DNA from: Patellaria atrata CBS 101060
Taxonomy: Eukaryota
NCBI GenBank assembly: GCA_010093705.1
Contig: MU006094.1
Location: forward strand, 1,153,550 to 1,217,549
Direction: 5' to 3'
Length of the DNA: 64,000 nt
Part shown: positions 11,861 to 25,300 of the stretch, piece after piece
How the letters are laid out: each line of letters begins with the position of its first letter
How positions within the stretch are numbered: position 1 is the stretch's first letter
The notes under the pieces: generated by a model
The model's input: only the letters and a program-made list of their open reading frames with translations
The model's database searches: none
What the model was told of the DNA's origin: nothing
Translations under genes and position numbers: made by a program

Positions 11861-12462
11861 TTAAGATAGGACTCGGAGAAGAATACTTAAAGACGCTCCT
11901 TTACGCATGTATTTAGATTCTTCGTAATTCTTCTTACTAACGTATCTTACTATAAGATTGGATGTTACGGTCTTTGACTTAACTCTCCTTTGTCATACCG
12001 TGTTCGTACAGTATCATTTATCTCTACTGTGAAGCCTTGAGAGAGAGTTATGGGGAAGCAAGTTATATCGTTAACTTAAAATGCAAACCTTTACACGTTC
12101 TATCACGAAGCGGAAACCAAACACTCTTCTTAGGAGAAGGAGGAGACTCTCGAGTGAGAAACCTTGGGCGTTTTTATATTTATCTTGTTTCGACAAAGAG
12201 AAGTATAAACTCCCGCCTTTTTTTAACAGACTCACGGTAAGCCGTGGTCAGAACAGAACTAACATAGCGTACGAGTTTTCTATAGTCGTTGACGCATTCC
12301 TTGAGCATTATCCATCTTGAAATAGCGCTATTTAACTGTATTCCTGATTTTAAGAGTACCTTTAGAATGTGCTGACGACCGAAAATGATCGTATGCTGTG
12401 TGTGTATGTTCACCATAAGAAGACGGCTTGAGATGGAGGTGGACTTCTCATGGATTGGTTTA

Positions 12463-13587
12463 TCAGTCCTGGTCGTAACCTCTCATTCCCTCGGTGATTG
12501 CTTTTCTAACTGCGGCCGCAGCTCTACCGACTTCTCCTCCCTCTTTTCTAGCAGTCTCAAGTCCTGCTGATATTGCGGGTTCAAACCGGTATAAGAAGAT
12601 CCTTTGCCGGTCCTCTCGATCTTCGTACATCTCGTTATCCTCATCTCTCGGGGCGCCGAAAAGGTTTAGGTGGTCAAACCCTTGGTACTTCGAAGACAGC
12701 ATGTGGTATTCCGATTGACACAAGGGGAATGGCCACATGCTATGCGTCGATCCTTTTACGTCTTCTGATGACGATTTTCCTAAACCTGCCCGCAAAAACG
12801 ATGCGAGACCGTTCAGTTGCCTTACAAACACCTTACCCTCGCTGCCAGCCTTGGCAGTTGTAGTTCGTGCTGCAGTCCATTTTCCAGTATTTTGAGCCTG
12901 CCAGCCCAGTAGGCTTAGAAAAGTCTTTAGCGTCCTGACCCAACCTCCAACGGAGCCAACAAGCTCCTGGCCTGCAACTCGCAGTGACCAGTCGAGAACA
13001 TCAATAGATGAATATCTTATATCAGCCGAGAGATGGGTCATTCCCGCTCGCGTATATAGCAGGAGCTGTTCTACATGGTTCGCCACGCCCTCCGGTGGGA
13101 GGACCTGTAAGACTTTTAAAAGTTGCTCGCGTACGCCCTTTGATCCATCCACTATAAGTGGTTGTACTTTGGGAATAATTATCGCGATTGGCTGTGGAAG
13201 AGGTGAGTCGGGGGGTCGTGTCTTGATAGCAGTCGTTAGATATGCGAGTGACTCTTTGCGCTGTGAGTCGGATTTATGCGTTAGAAGGGAAAGATGGTGC
13301 GAAAACTGCGACGTTAAGGAGGGTGCGGTGGTCGAAATCGATTGTTCCTTGAGAACGACAGCTAAAGAGCATTAGCTGTGAGTCGTAGCTTAAAAATGTG
13401 TACGGTTCGCACATTTCGCTTTGAAGCTGGTATCTGTGAAATTAGATGCTTTTGGTTTTGTCTTGCCCACCTTAAGCTTCGCTTTCTATTCTCATATTCA
13501 GCTTGCGATCGTGTCAAACGTGATACAATAGTGACCCACAGCAAAGTCTTTCTTCTTTTCCTTCTTCTTCTTCGCGCTGGATCCCAT
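12463..13587 (-). CDS. IPI1: Pre-rRNA-processing protein Ipi1 (Rix1 complex)
   Basis: MGSSAKKKKEKKKDF, LKVGKTKPKASNFTDTSFKAK, HLLTHKSDSQRKESLAYL and AGMTHLSADIR, with introns near the 5' end. Confidence 0.92.
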
Positions 13588-13901
13588 TGTGCTTATAACC
13601 GCTTTCGAAGAGTTTCAATCTTTGTCGCATATATCTCCTGTTTAATGTCAGCAGCATGAGATAGGTGAGGTAAGAATCGTCAAGAGTTGTGCAGAAAATG
13701 GTTCCAAAAACGGCGAACAGCCATTTCTACAAGGCCCGCGTTTTGTGCCAAGGCGCGTTATTTCGGAACGAGCCGAGGCTCATGCGCGGACCTCCGTCCC
13801 AAAACTAACGGGAGGTGGAATCCTCTTCCGAAGTATCAACATTCCGTGTGGGAAAGAAACCAAGGATCTTCCCACGAGAGTGAGCGACAAAGTACATAAG
13901 A

Positions 13902-14400
13902 ATGTCGCAACTGAGTGTAAGCCCTTATAAGAATATCAATTGACCGAAATCATTGCTAATCATCACCAGGTAGAAGAAGCTCGAGCGCTTCTCGCACGCC
14001 TTCCTCAAAAGCCTGGCATACGGTGTACCTTAGTTCTCTCCCGCAAAAAAGAGGACGCTATCATTTATTGGACGACTGGACTGAGGTCACAGAGTACCAC
14101 ATCAGCTTCTGAAAACGGGGCTCCGGAGGAATACTCAAGTGGTAGGAGGGTTCTGGGCGCGGAAAAGGTTGCAAAACTCGTGTGGGAATTCATGGACGCC
14201 TCAGACACCTTGGTGCAAGGATTGGATGATGAGAAAGATGAGGCAGAGCTGCTGAGAGTGAGAGCAAAGAAACACGAATTCCTTATTGTACCTCGTAAGC
14301 ATCTCGTGATATTGGAAAGCTGTCAATGATTGGGCTAACTGCTAGTCTAGACCCTAAGTACCTGCTCGTCGCTATACATGAGACACCGTCATCGTCATAG
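13902..14400 (+). CDS. Roadblock/LC7 domain protein (dynein light chain roadblock-type), 3 exons
   Basis: MSQLS|VEEARALLARLPQKPGIRCTLVLSR...LLRVRAKKHEFLIVP|DPKYLLVAIHETPSS*, with GTAAGC..AG introns. Confidence 0.85.
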
Positions 14401-14609
14401 GCTGTTGGTTCGTTTCCCTTTGCACAGTATTTCATTGCACGATACCCCAAGCATAGACTGGAGTTTGGTGTCTGTTCATAGAATCATTTGCGGAGATGAT
14501 GTTACTATATGAAACGATTGAGAAAAGAAATCCATCTTCCACACCCGAACATTATACACTGATACCGATCACTTAATTCAGTCAAATACAGTCATTGATT
14601 CTTTGGAGC

Positions 14610-15114
14610 TCACCAATGCGCCTCACTAATAGGAACGCTCTCGACATCCATACCTTCCTTGAACCATCTCTCGTCTTCTGTCAGCTCGATATCGTTACCG
14701 CTCATCTGTCTCTTCCGCATCCTTCCGTCTTCCGCGAAGGTCCAATCCTCCAACCCATAGCACCGCTTCCACTTCATTCCATCATATGCATCCTGGTACT
14801 CGTACCAGAACTGGACGGCGATCTTGTTGTCAGTGAAGGCAAAGAGCTCCTTGCGGAGTCGATAGCTCTTCTCCTTCTCCCACTTCTTGGTCAAGAAGTC
14901 GACGATGGCATTGGTTCCCGTGAGAAACTGGTCACGGTTACGCCAGATGCTGTTTTCTGTATACGCTTTGGCAATGTTTGTTGGTTCTCTTGAAGGTATC
15001 AGACAACTTATCTTCGCGATGGGACTCATGAACTTACTTGGTGTTCCAGAACCCTTGAGCTATTTTGACCTTTTGACGAGCGGTCTCTTCTGTGAATGGA
15101 GGCTTCAGGGACAT
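14610..15114 (-). CDS. DUF1348 (SnoaL/NTF2-like) protein, 2 exons
   Basis: MSLKPPFTEETARQKVKIAQGFWNTK|EPTNIAKAYTENSIWRNRDQF...YRLRKELFAFTDNKIAVQFWYEY...RCYGLEDW. Confidence 0.9.
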
Positions 15115-15853
15115 GTTGAGGGTTGGTATGTAATCCTAGAACTGAGGATTGGGGCTTACAGAAGGAAGAAGGGTCAATGGTGAAAGTTGTAGTTGTTTCT
15201 ATGGGAAGAATTGCAATTATCACCAGTCATAGCTTTATATATACAACATTGGAGGGTGATGCGGTCCACTAGAAATGGACAATGCGGTCTCGAGAATTAC
15301 AATTTACAACATCACCACCGTTGAAAAAATGGTAAGGTGACTCTTAGTAGTAACATCAACTTTCCCTTCCAATGCATGTACAGTAAGCAACATAAGCATC
15401 AGATGTACGAAGCTTGAAGGATCCCTGAGCACATCTCCCAGGAGGCAATTCCAGGCCGTCACCACCATATTTTTCTACCTTAAATTTAGTTCTACAGCGG
15501 CATGAGCGGAATGAATTCCTACACATCGTCTAAATTCTGAAAACTTCTAGAAACTCTTTGCAACGTTCTCATCCTTTACGGAGTATTTGGAATAACGGAG
15601 AGAACATGACGCTATCTGTCGCCGATTTCGAAGCAGAAGGTCGAGCCCCTCCCCCGCGGTGCGGTGCGGATGTCTCTACCAGCACTAATCGCGCAGTTGA
15701 GAAGCTTGCGTAATCGGAGCTCACCGGTGCTTCTTATTTTTTGGGTTTATATTTTGGAAGAATTCCTCGGACATTTATCTACTCTGTGTGAAAGTCTTAG
15801 GTCTTGCGAGGATATCATAAGAGTTGAGGAATCAATTGAGGAATAGAAACACA

Positions 15854-16628
15854 ATGGCACCCCTACAGAAAGGAGATAAATTTCCGGACGGCGTTGTGTT
15901 TGAGTAAGTCTGTTCCTCAGTTCCAAACTACCTTGATGGTCGCCATTGTGGGTTGTTTATACGAAGACTATACTGAGTTTTCTTTGATAGTTGGGTTCCA
16001 ATCGAGAACGATGACCCTCTACTCTGCGGTGTCCCCCAAAACTACAATGCTAGCAAGGAATTCGCTGGGAAGAAGGTAGTTCTTATCAGCGTTCCAGGTA
16101 TATCACATCCATCTCTATTACAACTGTATCACCAGACTCTAACTGTGTTCCCATTGCAGGCGCATTCACTCCAACCTGCCAGGCCCGTCATATCCCTCCC
16201 TTCCTTGAGAAAAGCGAAGAGTTGAAATCCAAAGGTGTGGAGCTCGTCGTCGTTATCGGATATAACGACGGATGGGTCATGAATGCTTGGGGCAAGGTGA
16301 ACGGTGTCAAAGGAACAGATCCAGTTGTTCGTCCCCCCTTTTGTAACGCAGATCTACTCCATCCTATGGTGTCATGCTAAATATACCACTTCAACAGCTC
16401 TTTATGGGCGACATCAAGACCTTCTTCTCCAAAAACTACGCTTTCCCGTCCGCGAGTGAGCGCAACAGCCGGTGGGCCATGGTTATCGAGAAGGACGGTA
16501 CGATCTCGTATTCTGAATACGATGGACCTGGTCAACTAGAGGTAAACTATCTCCCTCTTCTCGACTAGGGCTATATCGCTAATTTCGTGAAGGCTTCGAC
16601 AGCTGAGGCCGTCCTTGCTAAGCTGTAG
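15854..16628 (+). CDS. Peroxiredoxin type II (AHP1/PMP20/Redoxin family) with C-terminal PTS1 (AKL)
   Basis: KVVLISVP|GAFTPTCQARHIP (peroxidatic Cys), NDGWVMNAWGKVN and RWAMVIEKDGTI, ending AVLAKL*. There are several GT-AG introns. Confidence 0.9.
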
Positions 16629-17223
16629 GTCTCTCGAGGATTAGATGGATTGGTCGTTTGAAGTAGTGATGTTTAGAGAAGTGAGGTCACCTGGATATAT
16701 ATATGTCCACAGATTGCTTGAAGCGGTCTAAGGGTTATGATTCGTAATGATAGATTTAATTAAGTATTTCAAATTTATGTATAGTACACTAGAGTGTATG
16801 GGAAACAACAGCGAAGACGAACAAGTATTCACATAGAAAAGTTCGACAGCTTTCAGTTGACCATGAATGAGTACATCAGAGTATGTGTAGTGAATATCAA
16901 GCACACCGGCTGTGTTCAACAAAGCGTGTGTAGCGTAACCGTCGACCCGCTCCTTCAGATAAAATCCAGGCGGGAGATACAGGACGCGATCAATCTGACG
17001 CGTAGTGAAGATCCCAGTGAAGGAACCGCAGCTTCCCGGTCACAATAATGAAATAGTTGCAACCTCAGCTTCCGCGTTGGAATGGAGAAAAAAGGTTCTC
17101 ATCCGAATCTTACTACTTATTTTTTCTCGCTTAGTCATCGCCAAGCCAAAGCTCGAACCTAGAACTTCTAGGACCTTTTGCACCATCAAACTTACTCACC
17201 TCACGAGCACAATTTGATCGGAG

Positions 17224-19169
17224 ATGGAGACTCTAGACAAGACGACATGGGATGTTCTCATATCTGGAACTGGCATCCGTCAGTCTCTCCTTGCGCTGTA
17301 AGCTCAAGCAATCTTCGGCAACGATGAAATCCCGCATAGTCTGACTGACGAAGCTACGGTTCATGAAGAGCTTTATCTCGCTCCGGCAAGAAAGTCTTGC
17401 ACATTGATAAGAATGATTACTATGGAGGTCCAGAAGCTGCATTTAGCTTACAGGAGGCACAGGAATGGGAGAGCAAGGTAGCACGAGGTATGGCGACTGC
17501 TTGACTTGATATTGTCTTTGCTGATAACCTTCAGATACTTCTCCGTTGTTCAGCAATGTAAAGATCACACAACGGCCCGAGCAGGAACAAGAGAATAGGC
17601 TGAAGTTGTCCGCCTCAAGGGCGTACAGTTTGTCACTTTCTCCACAGCTCATCTATTCCCGGTCCACCCTCCTATCGAAGCTCGTGTCCTCGAAGATATA
17701 CAGGCAACTGGAGTTTCTAGCAGTAGGGAGCTGGTGGGTATACTCGCCCAGTGGTCATGAAGCTTCATCCGATTCTGCGGAACCAAGTCAGGGTTCGAAG
17801 GGGACCTTGTCGAAAGTTCCAAGCGGGCGTGAAGATGTCTTCGAGGATCAAATACTCGACCTTCGTTCCAAGCGAGCTCTTATGAAGTTTCTTAGATTCG
17901 TGGTCGATTATGAGAACCAGGGAGACGTCTGGGAAGAGCATCGAGATAAGCCATTTTCGATATTCTTGTCAGAGAATTTCAACTTACCAACTGTGTTACA
18001 CGACCCCATTCTTGCTCTCACACTTTCTCTGAAGGCGCCTGAAAACACATCCACAGAATATGCTCTTCCCAGGATAGCACGACACCTTCGTTCAATAGGT
18101 GTTTTTGGGCCCGGTTTTGGCGCTGTCCTACCTCGATGGGGTGGTGTCTCTGAAATCTCACAAGTCGCATGTCGAGCTGGCGCTGTCGGAGGTGCTGTCT
18201 ATGTGCTAGACAAGGGTCTGAGAGATACCCTTGATAGACCTGTCGCGCAACAAATGATGGATAATGTTGCCTCCAGTCCTACCACTGGGACATCAGTGGT
18301 ACTCGAGGGTGGGGAAACCGTCAGAACACAGTGGATTGCGGGTTCGAGAGTGGACCTACCGGCCTCTGTCATCAGTTCCTCCGAAGATGGCCTGCACTAT
18401 TCGGATTTAAGAGTTACCACCTTATCTCGTTCGATCTCCATTGTAGGGTCTCCACTTGAGTCTCTATTCCCAGACATCGCGGAAGGTGCTCCTCCTCCTG
18501 CTGGCGCTGTTGTCTTTTTTCCCTCAGGTTCACTTTCCGTTAATGGGGAATTGGAACTCTCCTCAAATCGGACGCCGGTCTATATTTTCGTTCACTCTAG
18601 TGATTCAGGGGAGTGTCCGAGTAACCAGTGTAAGTTTCTTTTGTCTCCTATAGTTTTATTTTGCTCACCTGATGATTCTCCAATTGAATACTTTATCTAC
18701 ATTGTCTGAACCTCTTGACGATAAAATCTCTGACAAACTGACTGAGCATCCTACTTCACTTGCAATTTCATCTCTCTTTACACTATCAATTCATATGCTG
18801 ACTTGGTAAGGTGTTCTTTATGCTTCTTGTTCTACAACGAGTCAAGAGGGATCAGCTCTCCTTGCAGAAGCAGTCCGGCAGCTATTATTAGCTCTTAATG
18901 GAGATCCAGCGTCAATACTCCTGTGGTCTCTGAGCTATGACCATCGTGCTCAAGATAGCAAAGAATTGGACTGTCCACCAGCCTCTTATAATGATAATAC
19001 CATTGCTTTCTCTTCAAGTTCGTCGGACCTTGCATTCGAGGATAGCGTTCTGGAAGAGGTCAAGCTTGCGTGGGAGAAGATCATGAGCGGTGAACCTGAT
19101 GCAGGGGATTTCATGGTCATCAGTGATCCGGAAACTGACGATGACGCGGATGGGGATTTTGATGGATGA
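17224..19169 (+). CDS. MRS6: Rab escort protein / Rab geranylgeranyltransferase component A (GDI/CHM family)
   Basis: WDVLISGTGIRQSLLAL|ALSRSGKKVLHIDKNDYYGGPEA, SRAYSLSLSPQLIY, SEISQVACRAGAVGGAVYVL and HSSDSGECP. Confidence 0.88.
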
Positions 19170-21199
19170 TTTAGTTAGAATGTGCGTCAAATTCATATTG
19201 TATTAATCTCTAATGCCGTGCAAGAGCATCCGATACAGGGACTGCCAAATTATTCAATTTACCTAGTAAGTTCGCCGTGATTGACATCTAGTCACAAGTA
19301 CTATTGGTTCACTGTATTGTTTCATGAAAGGGCCGTAATGTCAGTACCCTACCTACTGCAGAAGAAGATGACTGTTCTTGTCACTGTCTCACCCATGCCG
19401 CAATGCCATCATCTCCCATGATGTATCATGTAGTGTTCCGTGTGAGAGTCACCGATGACCTATCCTCTTGACTCGGTAGATATAAGACTGCTCAGAGCTC
19501 AAGTATATAAACCTGTCCATCTCTTTCTCTTACCAATTTCAATTTCTTTATAGTAAGGGCCTTCCTAACTTCATCCCTCAGATTGGGTTTTCTGTTGAAA
19601 GGAGAAAGTAACTTCATTTTGAGCATGAGGAAACTACGCAGAGATCAATTAGGGTTGCTTTTGCCGGGTGGGAGAGTTGCGTTCATATTAGGCGTGAGAA
19701 AATGAAGACTACTACGTGTTTCTGGTATGGTTTATGTTCCGGATGACCTTCAGCATACTTAAGGGTTAATGAATGTACTCGAAGAATAATTAGATGATAA
19801 TCATCAATTCAATCGGACACTACCACAGGAGAACAGACAAGAGACATGAACACAGTGCACCAGACGCAGAAGCCTCCCAGTGAACTCAGCGTTTTCCGGG
19901 TTCCTGAGGCGAAATCTGTTTTCATCGTGGTTCAACCACACCCACCACCAAGCAAATGGAAGAGGACACTGGTTTTCCCTCCTGTCTCACAAAATGAAAT
20001 GGAAAGAAAAAGGAAGAGCAAGGCAACTTGGTTGTATTTATATTCCTCGCAGTAGCCCTCAGCCTGGCGGTCTGGGGAAGAACCTGTCTACGTTAGCTGC
20101 AACCATGTCAAATGATATGTTGTGAATTAGCTATGCGACTACGCCGGGATATCACCAGATGATTATGATCTGACGGTTTTACGTGAGTAGTCTTGGGATA
20201 GTGGATGTCTCGGGTATATAAACCTGTGGATATTCTATTCTTCTCTCTTTCTCTCTCTCTGTTATTAAATGGGCAAATCTACGCATGAAACTCGGAGGCG
20301 AAGACTTAGACTAAATTCCAATTGCACTATTTTTTGGTTATGGGAGTGAAACTACAGTCAAGAGACGAGCCTCTCATCCCACGACGGGTATTATAGGTTG
20401 CCGGGTTTGATGGCTGGTAACATGCAGGTTCCGATCCCATCATTAGGGTAGGGGGTTAGATGAAATGATATTGCAGTCTCTTTTGACAATGCTCCCCAGC
20501 TTCCCCATAAGACAGTGGGAGTTCTCGGCGTAATACGGTGATGAAAGTCATCTACTCAAGCTAAACTACTCCGATGCGAGCAGACAAGCGTTGTAAATTG
20601 GACGCAGTGCTCTAAGAAGTGACACACCATGGCAAAATTCGCAAGACAGCGTTCCCCCTCAGACGAATTGACTTCATCTTTCGGTAAGGTAATCTCATAC
20701 CACAAATTGTGGCTTTCCGTCTTCCCGATATATCATCCGGATACATGTTTGCAAAACTTTGTCCGGTTCCATAGGTTATGGAGAAATTACCGAAGAGAAA
20801 AGAGCAAGAGGACTTATTTATACCCACAAAATACTCCAGCCCAACGCTTGTGGTCAATATTCTCAATGCACCGAGAGCGTAAGACCGTCATACTCTGCTG
20901 ATCAGTATGCCGACTGACAATGCATGCAAGTGACGTATCTCAGTAGGTCATCAGGGTTCTCTGGTGTTTTCAATGGCTGAGACTTCTCATGCCTTGGATA
21001 TATAAAGTCCCGATCTTCTCTTTTATTCTGTTCTGCCAATGTAATCATTGTGGCTCCAGCGGGTAGAGTGCTTCCACAAATATGTACAATATCAAAATCA
21101 CAGAGAACTATTAGGATTGGTTCGGGAATCATATATTATTTCCTTCGAGCAAATGGTTTCAACTAGAACCTGGGGATTCAAATATGACTCTATTTCATT

Positions 21200-22125
21200 G
21201 TTCTTTTTCTACTCTTGTACCCCTGGACGGAAACTTAGGGGATAGCGTTGAGATTATGGATGCAGAGCTATTTGCCATCCTTAAAGCACTTGAAAGAGAA
21301 AAGACCCAACGTGAGAAGGGACAATCCATTGCAAAAACATATGGGTTTTTGTGGACAGCCAGGCAGCACTTAAGAGGCTACAAAAGAACAGCCTTGATGA
21401 AGGACAAGAATTAAGTGTGATGATAAATGACCTATGCAATACTCTTACCAATGAATGGGAAATGAAAATTACCTTCAGCTGGGTTCCTGGCCATAAGAAC
21501 ATCTTTGGGAATGACATAGCAGACAAGCTGGCTAAGAAGGGACTGGGCCGCAAGCCTATAGGCACTTCATTCACATCACTCAGTTATATCAAACGAAAAT
21601 GATTGGGAAAGATGAAGAAGGGAAGTGCTTCAGAGACTGTCAATCACTTCAAACACCAACACACCATATTTTACATTGTGCACACTACACTAAAGAACGC
21701 AAAGAAATGAGGAGGTAACTAAGATCAAAGCTAACAATGGTAAAGCTTTTTCGCACAAAGCTAGGCAAACAGTTGTTATTCAAGTATATAGCAAGATCTC
21801 AAATCTCTACTTCCAGATGGCTGATACACGCAGGAGATATAGATAGAGTAGAAGTGTAGAGTCTACAGAAGAAAACAAGATGTATGGCATAGGACTGGAA
21901 ATAGAAAAGAAATGGTAAAGAGGAAGAAAGACGGTTTTCCAACAATTTCCTTTGTATGGAGTTTAAACGTAATGACTTTCCTTGAAATATAAAATATCAG
22001 TGGGTTAAACTACTGAAGACTTCACTAAGCATATAAGGGCCCTGAAAAAGGATTTATGTATATAGGGAGTTGCGCCATAGCTTGGAGGCTGCATGCGCGG
22101 TATTGTAGATAATACAATACAATGG
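21200..22125 (+). mobile_element. 5'-truncated, degenerate non-LTR retrotransposon (Tad1/I-like LINE): RNase H domain, Cys/His C-terminus and 3' tail
   Basis: DAELFAILKAL, DSQAALKRL and WVPGHKNIFGNDIADKLAK are RNase H motifs, with a frameshift. They are followed by C..C...QTPTHHILHC and a short (AATAC)n tail at 22111-22123. Confidence 0.8.
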
Positions 22126-22599
22126 AAATAAAACAAAAAAAAATATGTTCAAGTCATTTTTGCTTGGACGGTTTACGCCGCACGGTTAAGACTCCAACAA
22201 CGTTTCAATTTTAATTATACATGCGAGGCCCTTTTAGCGGTCATCGATTATGATGGTGATCTGTACCAAGTTGTCGCATGAATGATCATCAGCATCACGA
22301 AGAGCACAAAGAGTGGATAAATGATAGTACCGTAAATGAGAAAATCAGAAAGACGGAAAGTCCTCACATCCCTCTATCTCCCTTTTCCTTCTCCACGCTC
22401 CTAGCCAAATTAAACTTTGGTGCGAGTAGTCCCACCAAATGCACCTCTCCCCCAATGCGAGGGCAAATTGACTAGGTTAAGAGTTGTTCTAGTTAGACAA
22501 TCTGTCGGATCATGGTAACCTCCAAACCTGACCGCACCTCTCAGAGTAATCAGCATCCCTTCGTATGTGTGACTCAACTGGAGTTTTTCTCCTACCAGA

Positions 22600-25300
22600 T
22601 TGATGGGATGATCAGATATTATGTTCCGGACTACTGCCAGACGTTGCGAGGAGTCTTTTAGTTTGACCGTCTCGCAAAGCTTCGCCTCTTTACAAATGGT
22701 ATTGATCTGGTCTTATACTTGACAAACTATCTCTCTTGTATCCCATTAGCTTCCTTACTTAGGTTGTAAACCAGTCTGACGGTTAGCCGGGCGAGTTATT
22801 GAACCGCGGTAAGGCCATCCTGAGTTCCGGACGCTTCGGTGATCGCAGAGAGGGTAACTGGGTCCGAGAGAAACGGAGGACTGGTGGATCCCTGAGATAT
22901 AACAGCTTTCGTCCCCAGAGGAACTGTAGGTGGGAGCCAGACTGGAATAAAGTCGTGCTCTACAAAGGGAACATATTCGGAAACTGAACAATGGGATTGT
23001 TACGGGGCGATCGGTTCCTTCAAGTTGGTGGAGCCGCTAAGTAAAGGTCCTTAGAGCTTCGGACACCCATTCATTGATATGTGGAATCGATAAATATTCC
23101 AATCTCTTACTAAAGTAGGTTCTGGACTATTCTATTGTAGACCCCTATTAGGGGAGCCTGCTAACGCCGACTGATTGATAGGCTAAAATGAGATCATGTG
23201 CGTAGATAGTTGTCTGTGGGGTTATCCATTGACTACTCCTACAACCTGACCGTTTGCATAGCCAAGCGATTTGTGGCCCGAAAAGTGGTTTGTGACCGTT
23301 CGGAAAGTGTTTCTGAAGTGGTCTAATATGGTAAAAAGCTGGCTATGCGGATGAATTATCTGTAAAATTAGGTTATTTATTTAGAATGGAATTGTCTGTA
23401 CGGTCTGGTGACTGGAACAGTGAATTATTCGCACAGTTGAAGTACAGGTAAAGCTAATCACTTTGTACCAATACTCCAACCGGATAAATATTCAATCAGT
23501 CAGAAATTTATTTTTTGATACTGATCATATTCCCTTAGACGATATGTGGCAAGACGGGAAAGTTATAGATAAAAATATGCACTTTTTGGCCAGATGTACA
23601 GCATAGAACCACTGGAGAAGTTCCGATATGATCGGGCAGAAGAAGGAAAGACGTCCCGTGCGGGATGCGTCTTTGTATTATGCTGCATGTTTAAAGCTGC
23701 ACAGATAGAGAAGCAAAGAGATTAGACTGCACGGAAGTCTTTCCAGTTATGGAAGGAAAGTGGTGGAGATCGGGACCTATCCTGAGAGCTAGACAGATAC
23801 GCATACAGAACGATTGGAAACCCAAAATTGGACCCTTCGTGGCGGCTCTCCGATGAAAGTGCACTCATGGGAACCAGCTCCCGCAGCGAGGTAAGTATAG
23901 ATTCGTATTTGTAGTTAGCAAGCTGAGATGTTTCAAGGGAGCCGAATATGGACAGATCTAACGTGGCGTCGGTGGAAGAGGGGGGGGGGATCTGTCTACC
24001 AATAACGACATCGAATACTGCATATTTTTGACGAGTATTTCCCAAGAGATCCCGTAAGGCCTGTTTATCTGCACGGTAGAAAAGGAGTGACAAGGGATAT
24101 AGTTTTATCCCGGACTTTTTCGGTATTTCCTGGGACGGGCGAGAGGTGGAGACCGTCCTCCTAGTGATGCGAAAGGGAGCGTATCAGGCCCCTGAAGTCA
24201 AAAAGGTAGCGAATTCTGGTGCCTGATTGGATGTGCTAAGAAATAGGAACATGGGATACAGCGAGGATGTTAGAGGGAGGTTCCCTGGTTGTTGGTTACG
24301 AAGGAGATCCAAGGTGGAAGTTTAGATCTAGCGCTACGATATCAGCCGTGCGAACCAAGACACGGGGTCAACACGGAGTCGCAAACTTGACACCATCAAA
24401 ACAGTGTGAGTAGTTTTGTGAGGTGCGGTAGAATTGTATATTTCAAGAGAAGAACGACTGACAGCACAGGTTCTCTGATATTACGATCGTCATTTTCGGA
24501 AAATTTGATCGTTCAGCAATGTGCACGGCAGATCAACGTTCACGTTCGGGTCTCGGATATCTACATGGATTGGAGACGATCGAGCAAAATTCTCCTTCTG
24601 CTGTTCCGCACGCTAGCGCTTGGTAAACACATACTTGTCGGATCCGTGGCTTGTAATTGAATCAAACTAATACATTTGATGAGAAATTGAAGAGATATGG
24701 ATGAAGCGGTACGCCTCTTTGGATTTCTCAACAATCCAAGATGATGACACGGCAAGGAGAATCCTTCATCCTGAGATTTCAAGTAAGATAAACTCCATGC
24801 ATGCCAGGTTGAGCGAAGATCATACTGCATGCGGGCCGCATCATTCATAGAACGCCATATGCCATCACTTTGCGTCTCCAACGACAGCTGGAAGTTTCTA
24901 AGGAAACATTTTTGCCTATTCTCCGAATTCTGCCGTCAAGTTGAAAAGGGATAGTTTCGAGCAGGTACTTTATAGTTCACAGTAGTATAGCGTTCCACAT
25001 GAACCGTTTCGATGTATAATAATACAGCATTTTATGGACAACGGCGTGTTTCCCAGGCGGATAAAACGAAGAACAAGGACCAGATTTGTCATGGCTAGCA
25101 GCCCACAAGCAAGCCTAAGAAAGGGGGCATAAACCGGCCTTTGCAGCCCCTGTCCACACCCCTTTTGGGCCTTTCCTGAACCCGGAAGGCGTAAGGGGGC
25201 GTATCTTTTGCAGATCGCACTAAGCTCCTCGCTTGGCTCCTTGTTGAACGCAAAATCAACCTCCACCCATCCTGCTGAATCCCATCATCCCTCCGAATTA
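22600..25300 (-). pseudogene. Possible decayed gene of unknown family
   Basis: Several stretches of protein-like minus-strand translation (23722-24093, ~22700-23090, 24561-24881) are broken by stops. No family was recognised and the boundaries are approximate. Confidence 0.25.

Larger units (their letters stand above)
10978..12228. mobile_element. Older solo LTR (~650 bp net), interrupted by a younger related solo LTR
   Basis: Begins TGTTACGG (10978) and ends TTTTAACA (12228). Flanks are cactc (10973-10977) and gactc (12229-12233), a 4/5 target-site duplication. It aligns along its length with the inner element. Confidence 0.75.
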
